A stretch of DNA of 64,000 nt from an uncultured delta proteobacterium (GTDB lineage Bacteria > Desulfobacterota > Binatia > UBA9968): NCBI GenBank assembly GCA_963755715.1, contig CAVWLW010000064.1:1-64000 (forward strand). Direction: 5' to 3'. Made by a program: the position numbers and the translations under genes. Positions 63,013 to 64,000 of the stretch are shown piece by piece; the stretch's first letter is position 1; each line of letters starts with the position of its first letter. The notes beneath the pieces are model-generated. The model did no database searches. It was not told the DNA's origin and was given only the letters and a program-made list of their open reading frames with translations.

Positions 63013-63040
63013 GTAGGGGCGACCGGCCGGTCGCCCCTAC
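63013..63040. repeat. GTAG REP perfect palindrome between convergent genes (possible bidirectional terminator)
   Basis: GTAGGGGCGACCGG-CCGGTCGCCCCTAC. Confidence 0.8.
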
Positions 63041-63072
63041 GGTGACTATCGAATAAATACGGAATCGGGTTG

Positions 63073-63999
63073 CTAGATCAACTGCTTCAATGCCTTGGCG
63101 AGAATGTCGATATTTTCCGTCCGCGACCCATACCCCATCAAACCGACGCGCCAGATTTTTCCTTTTAGCGGACCGAGACCGGCGCCGATTTCGATGTCGA
63201 ACTCATCATACAAACGCTGGCGGATCTTGGGGTCGTCGGCGCCGTCGGGAATTTTAACTGTGTTGATCATCGGCGCGCGGATCGTCGGCTCGTCGATGGC
63301 GGGGTCGATCTCGAGCTTGTGCATCTCGCGAATAAAAGTTTCATGCACTTGCTTGTGGCGCTGCCAGGCTTTCTCCAAGCCTTCTTCGAGCACGATGCGC
63401 AACGCCTCGTGCAACGCGTAGTTCATCGAGATCGGCGCGGTGTGATGATAGACGCGCTCGCTGCCCCAATATTTCTCGATCATCGAGAGGTCGAGATACC
63501 AGCTTTGGACTTTGGTTTTGCGCTTGCGCACGACTTCGACGGCCCGCTCGCTCAAAGTTACGGGCGATAAGCCCGGCGGACAACCGAGACATTTCTGCGT
63601 GCCGCTGTAGCAAGCATCGATCCCCAACTCATCGACCCGTACCGGCGCGCCGCCCAGCGAAGTCACGGCGTCGACCAACAGCAGAGCGCCGCTGGCACGA
63701 ACCAGTTTGGCGATATCATCGAGCGGCTGCAGCACTCCAGTCGAAGTCTCCGCGTGTACCACCGCAGCGAGTTTATATTTTTTTTTGCCGAGTGCGTCTT
63801 TGAATTTTTGCGCATCGAGTGCCCTGCCCCATTCCGCTTCCACCGTGTCGACCTGCGCGCCGCAGCGCTGCGCCACGTCGACCATGCGCGTGCCGAAGAC
63901 GCCGTTGACACCGATCAGCACGGCGTCGCCGGGCTCGACCAGGTTGACAAAACAAGTTTCCATGCCCGCGCTGCCGGTGCCGGACATCGGCAAGGCCAA
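63073..63999 (-). CDS. Class V PLP aminotransferase (alanine-glyoxylate/serine-pyruvate type), 5' end outside window
   Basis: GTGSAGME, HAETSTG, DAVTSLGG, SGTQKCL, YHHT, WRVGLMG. Confidence 0.93.
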   Translation of the reverse strand: MALPMSGTGSAGMETCFVNLVEPGDAVLIGVNGVFGTRMVDVAQRCGAQVDTVEAEWGRALDAQKFKDALGKKKYKLAAVVHAETSTGVLQPLDDIAKLVRASGALLLVDAVTSLGGAPVRVDELGIDACYSGTQKCLGCPPGLSPVTLSERAVEVVRKRKTKVQSWYLDLSMIEKYWGSERVYHHTAPISMNYALHEALRIVLEEGLEKAWQRHKQVHETFIREMHKLEIDPAIDEPTIRAPMINTVKIPDGADDPKIRQRLYDEFDIEIGAGLGPLKGKIWRVGLMGYGSRTENIDILAKALKQLI

Positions 64000-64000
64000 C

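Overview
Bacterial chromosome segment, about 55-60% GC by eye. The many orphan TctC/SsuA-type binding proteins, hydrolases and GTAG/GTCA REP families suggest a soil Binatota/'Deltaproteobacteria'-like genome; this is an inference. (1) 1-10.6 kb is an accessory mosaic: a GT2 fragment, a lower-GC secreted protein, a HigBA-like toxin-antitoxin pair, an adenylate cyclase with a MerT-like membrane tail, an orphan pstS, and DUF899/DUF1801/SDR genes. It also carries integron attC sites but no integrase, a tRNA-Phe 3' half, and three decayed copies of the 3' end of a cobalamin-independent methionine-synthase-family gene. (2) 10.7-29.4 kb holds catabolic enzymes and stand-alone solute-binding proteins. 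(3) 29.6-46.7 kb is a group 1h (high-affinity) [NiFe]-hydrogenase cluster: hhySL, a NifU/Rieske-like gene, accessory genes, a protease, hypA/C/F/C/D/E, and no hypB. Directly upstream sit a SECOND, stand-alone small subunit, a PAS histidine kinase, a NarL-type regulator and a perfect palindrome before hhyS. This is the best candidate for an undescribed H2/redox-sensing system. (4) 46.8-58.6 kb is an ABC-linked catabolic cluster with paired VOC, ornithine-cyclodeaminase-like and metal-ligand-less M24 enzymes. (5) The remainder has a SlyD-type PPIase with a signal peptide, a TctC-like protein, an SH3 protein, msrP (on +, mislabelled - in the ORF track) and a class V aminotransferase. About 13 apparent single-base frameshifts probably reflect long-read errors. 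All calls come from motif recognition by eye; no database search was run.
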